Under the pieces are notes generated by a model. The model was not told where the DNA came from. It did no database searches and worked only from the letters and a program-made list of their open reading frames with translations. A stretch of 63,091 nt of DNA, the filler included, from Octopus bimaculoides (taxonomy: Eukaryota): assembly GCF_001194135.2 (NCBI RefSeq). It is 6 parts of 6 records of this genome, joined end to end, with 100 filler letters (N's around TTAATTAATTAA, not from the genome) between each part and the next. Parts side by side here need not be neighbours in the genome. Positions count along the whole stretch, not along the records: positions 51,963 to 60,478 come from NC_068997.1; positions 60,579 to 63,091 come from NC_069003.1; 4 more parts are not named here. The stretch is one strand, 5' to 3'. The translations under genes were made by a program, and so were the position numbers. Shown here in pieces: positions 58,711-63,091 of the stretch (position 1 is its first letter; every line of letters begins with the position of its first letter).

Positions 58711-61156
58711 GTGTATTTATGTATCTGTCTCTATATCTGTCTGTATCTACTTTACTTTTACAATTTGTGTATGTGTGTGTGTGTGTGAGTGTGTGTATTT
58801 GTATGTTGAAAAGGGACAGAAAATTAGATAGATTGGACAAACATATACCAAAGCTAGAACGATTAATCAATAGATAATCTGAATAATATATCTACATCCC
58901 ACCACACACTATGAAACCTTCTGTTAACTTCAAAATTCGATCGTCATTGATGCAATAATATAACAGCAAAACCTTCATTTGATTACTGACTGAGTGTTGA
59001 CCTCACGGCCTTCCCACCTAATGTTCAAGATTGCTTTAATTGCAACTAAAGATTTCAGAAATTACATACACGGCTATGATAAAATGACTTCTTGAGACCG
59101 GAAGTAGTTTCATGAACGGCGGATGTGGCTTCTGCGATGGTGTATTGGTGACACTATGACGGTGTGTGGTGCGATGGCGTGTGGTGTAATGATGCAACAT
59201 ATTCATTGAAAGCAGACGATCTGTTAATTATTCACTGCTCTTTGTTCATTTAGATAAAAAGGCCTACTGTCTTTCTTCCCCACCCTCGTTCCTATCTCTG
59301 TGTGTGTGTGTATGTGTGTGTGTGTGTTTGTCTCTGTCTGCTTTCTATCTCTCTCTCTGTCTGTTTCAGCCCCGCTATCATTCTCTATCTGTCTCTCTCT
59401 GTCCCAGTATATATATATATATATNNNNNNNNNNNNNNNNNNNNNNNNNNNNNNNNNNNNNNNNNNNNNNNNNNNNNNNNNNNNNNNNNNNNNNNNNNNN
59501 NNNNNNNNNNNNNNNNNNNNNNNNNNNNNNNNNNNNNNNNNNNNNNNNNNNNNNNNNNNNNNNNNNNNNNNNNNNNNNNNNNNNNNNNNNNNNNNNNNNN
59601 NNNNNNNNNNNNNNNNNNNNNNNNNNNNNNNNNNNNNNNNNNNNNNNNNNNNNNNNNNNNNNNNNNNNNNNNNNNNNNNNNGTATATCCATACATAAACA
59701 CACGCATGTGTGTGTGTGTGTTTGTATGTGGATGTGTAGGTGTGGTTGTCTTGTATCATTCAATCGCTTTCACTTCATTTACCATTCTTACGCTCTACGT
59801 AGTACTCTTGTCCTCCCTCTAACTTCTCCCATCTCTCTCTTTATATGCCACCTTTTCTCTCTCTTTCTCTCTCTCTCTCTCTTTCTCTTTTTCTCTCTCT
59901 CTCTTTCTCTTTCTCTCTCTCTCTCTCTCTCCCTCTTTCACACTCTTTGTGACACACCTATTCTTTCGCTTTCTCTCTTAATTGAAATTTCTTTTCTTCA
60001 ACTTGTGTCCCACGGCTCGCTCACTCACTCTCTCACTCACTCACTCTCTCACTCACTCACTCTCTCTCGCATTTCTCTCCCTTGTTGAACTCTCTTGCAA
60101 CCTTTCATCGTTCTCAAAATTATCTTTCAACTCTCCTACATCTTTCCCCTTCGTTCAATCTCTCTTCTTGTTCATATATTCCTTCACTATTTCTTTTTTA
60201 CACATATTCTCTCACCGACCCCCCCCACCACCACGCGTACACTCACACATTCTCTCTCTCTCTCTTTCTTTCTTTCTCCCCTCTCTCTGTCTCTGTCTCT
60301 CTTTTACTTCCACATCTTGATTTTCCGCGTTTCTTATTTGTTTTGTCTCTATTTGTCTCTTTATATTGTTTTTGCTTCCCCAACTGTCGTTCTCTGCCTA
60401 CGCTCAAGTGTATGTGTGTATGATATGTGAATGTATGTGTATATAGGTACGTGTGATATATATATATATATATATATANNNNNNNNNNNNNNNNNNNNNN
60501 NNNNNNNNNNNNNNNNNNNNNNTTAATTAATTAANNNNNNNNNNNNNNNNNNNNNNNNNNNNNNNNNNNNNNNNNNNNACATACACAAAAAAACAAAATA
60601 CAAACAAACCAACGAACAAGCAAACAAACAAACAAACCAACAACAACAAAAAAATGGCATGTTATTCTCATTCTTCGAAGGGATGTTGTCCTGTTTTTAG
60701 TGCGTCAGTTAACGGAAGAGAACCCTCCACCGTTAGCTTCCCACGTTTCCACGATCAACACGTGAGGAACACGTTATGACCGCCGAAGCTCTCACAAGCG
60801 CGCAACGTAACACAACACACGCATCACAATAGTCGCCATCTTGCACAAATTATTTTGGTGATTTCCCGTCAAGCAACATCTCGCCAGTAAGTGTTACCAA
60901 ATTCGTGACAGCCTTCAGCTCTCCAGTTACATATCATTAATTCGAGCTTAAAATTCCTTGAGAATATATATCTGCACAACAACAACAACAACAGGGGCAG
61001 GGGCAGCAGTTGCAACAACAAAAGCGAGAAAACAAAGAAAGGAAGCAATAAGCAGAATATAGAGAGAAGGAAAAGAAAAAAGAAAAAAGAAATGAATTCT
61101 TTGTTTTGGTTTTGTTGTTGTTTATTTGTAAAATCTATTGTTCTTTTTTTCATTCA

Positions 61157-61215
<59 letters not shown>

Positions 61216-61262
61216 ATATACATATATGTACATTTATATATACACTTATATGTACATATATA

Positions 61263-61317
<55 letters not shown>

Positions 61318-61497
61318 GAATATATATATGTGTATATATATACATATATATACATATATACATACAATGTAAGTATATATGTGTGTATGCACACACATAC
61401 ACATATATGAATGCATATATATACATGTGTGTGTGTGTGTGTGTGTGTAGTGTGTGTATAGCTATAGATATATGTATATCTATGTGTATATCTAAAA

Positions 61498-61528
<31 letters not shown>

Positions 61529-61654
61529 CACACGTGTGTGTGTGTGATTGTTTTTGTTTCGGTTAGCTTAGTGGTAAAGTGTCTGCCAGATTATGTCGCA
61601 GGAAGTGTGATTTTTACTTCTGACAATTTATTTTTAACACACCACTCACGTGTA

Positions 61655-61709
<55 letters not shown>

Positions 61710-61959
61710 GAGAATAAAGACATATTCACTTGCATACATATATATACATATATTCACATATAGACACACAGACACAGATATATATATAATTAGAGAGATA
61801 GATAGATAGGACACAATGGGTGCATTGTATATGTACTCTATAGCGAAAATAATATCATAAGATTAGATAAAGGACTCTTGAATAGGTGTTCTGAATGTAC
61901 AGCTGCTCACCATGAAATTAGGGGTAGCTGCACTAACCTACTTCACGAGAACCTTGAAC

Positions 61960-62240
61960 AGCCAATATTCGTTATCTCGCCAGACGTTTATGCATTCGTT
62001 AAGATTCCGCAAGCAAGAGAATACCATTAACATTGACAGGAACTGTAACCTCTCCTGGATCTGTGATAGATACTTTACATCTCACCTGAAAAGATTCGCT
62101 TTTGCTGTTCAAGGACAGGTGACAGTAACTAAGTACCGGAGCAACAGGACAAATAAGGGTACCTTGATATTTCCAAATTGTGACAGCAAATGCCGATTGC
62201 ATCTTAACAGGTGGGAAGAGATTGCTCACATCAGTAGTGA
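61960..62240 (+). mobile_element. Internal fragment of an RLE retrotransposon (pre-knuckle region)
   Basis: MHS..RKQE..NID...SW...YFTSHLKRFAFAVQGQ...TKY...CDSKCRL...EEIAHISS resembles the region before the CCHC knuckle seen at 21571-21765. Confidence 0.6.
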
Positions 62241-62614
62241 TCATCATTGTAACCACAGTCGAACATTCTCCTCACAAAGTCTCTCCACAATTCACGATTT
62301 TCCATTGCTTGTGATAACTGCCCCTTACTGAGCTTTGTATCGTCTGAGAGTTAATAGAGAAATGTTCGAGAAAGTCCTCTTCTATTGCGTTTTCCGTGAG
62401 TTGGTTCCTACAATAATAGCTGCTTTTGAGATCAACCTAGCATTTGTTTCTCGTTGGACCCTGACCAATGAAAATAAAACACCAATCAACTAGTAAGTTA
62501 CTGAAAAAGGAAGAGCGAATCGAAAGACGATTTTTATAATGTAATCGACACTTCCCTACCGCACACAAATACACAAAAACACTTGGGTCATGTATCAAGT
62601 GGTGAAGATGCACC

Positions 62615-62815
62615 TTCTAATGGTTCGGCCACGATCGGTTTCAATTCCCAGACCGGATGATGCATTATGTTCTTGAGAAAAACACTTCTTTTCACGTTGC
62701 TGCAATTTTCTCAGCTGTAAATAAGCAACACTGCAACAACTGGCGTCCCGTTCAGAGGGGGCGAATATTGTGATCTCGATCATTTATATGCAACGGAAAC
62801 CGGTTAAGCGACCCT
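62615..62815 (+). mobile_element. Degenerate tRNA-derived SINE with a CORE-like centre and a distinct tail
   Basis: GGTTTCAATTCCCAGACCGG head, CTCAGCTGTAAAT centre and ACTGGCGTCCCGT tail. Confidence 0.6.
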
Positions 62816-63091
62816 AAGATTAATGGGATTCAAGACTGCTTTTATCTATATCAAGTAATAAAGAACTCAATCGTTATTTATTTGTATGGAAAGGTCGAGG
62901 TTTAGAATCTGAAAGCAATCAAATGCAGACGTTGCATTACGAACACTCAAAAAGCTTTATGTTTCAAACAGAAAGTATCATAAATAATTATGTAAGTCCA
63001 TAAGTCTTGCGCTAGTTTACGTAGCTGTTTCCGAAATGTCTACAGCATAAAGCTTACAAGACTGAAGCAGATGTTGTATATATATATATAT

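Noticed and set aside
11995-60534. TTAATTAATTAA palindromes (PacI-like sites)
   Set aside because: They are always centred in 44N+44N, so they are an artificial six-frame-stop scaffold spacer. Adjacency across them is less certain.

Overview
This is AT-rich animal DNA with many N-gaps and microsatellites; the repeat content suggests an octopod cephalopod (inference). No host protein-coding gene can be supported, and most long ORFs in the track are microsatellite or N-gap read-through. The window is a graveyard of mobile elements. (1) RLE-type non-LTR retrotransposon fragments fall into two apparent microsatellite-associated groups: R4/Dong-like copies bounded by (TAA)n, and a second family bounded or tailed by (CATA)n. 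(2) A non-coding repeat also abuts (TAA)n arrays. (3) There are two Penelope-like (GIY-YIG) fragments plus several degenerate minimal hammerhead-ribozyme motifs. (4) Tc1/mariner relics include DD41D/rosa-like, DD36E-spaced Tc1 and DD34D mariner types. (5) Also present are two hAT MITEs, a Tx1/L1-clade fragment and many tRNA-derived SINEs in at least three modular families. Five 44N-TTAATTAATTAA-44N blocks are assembly spacers. All family names come from recalled motifs, not from database searches.
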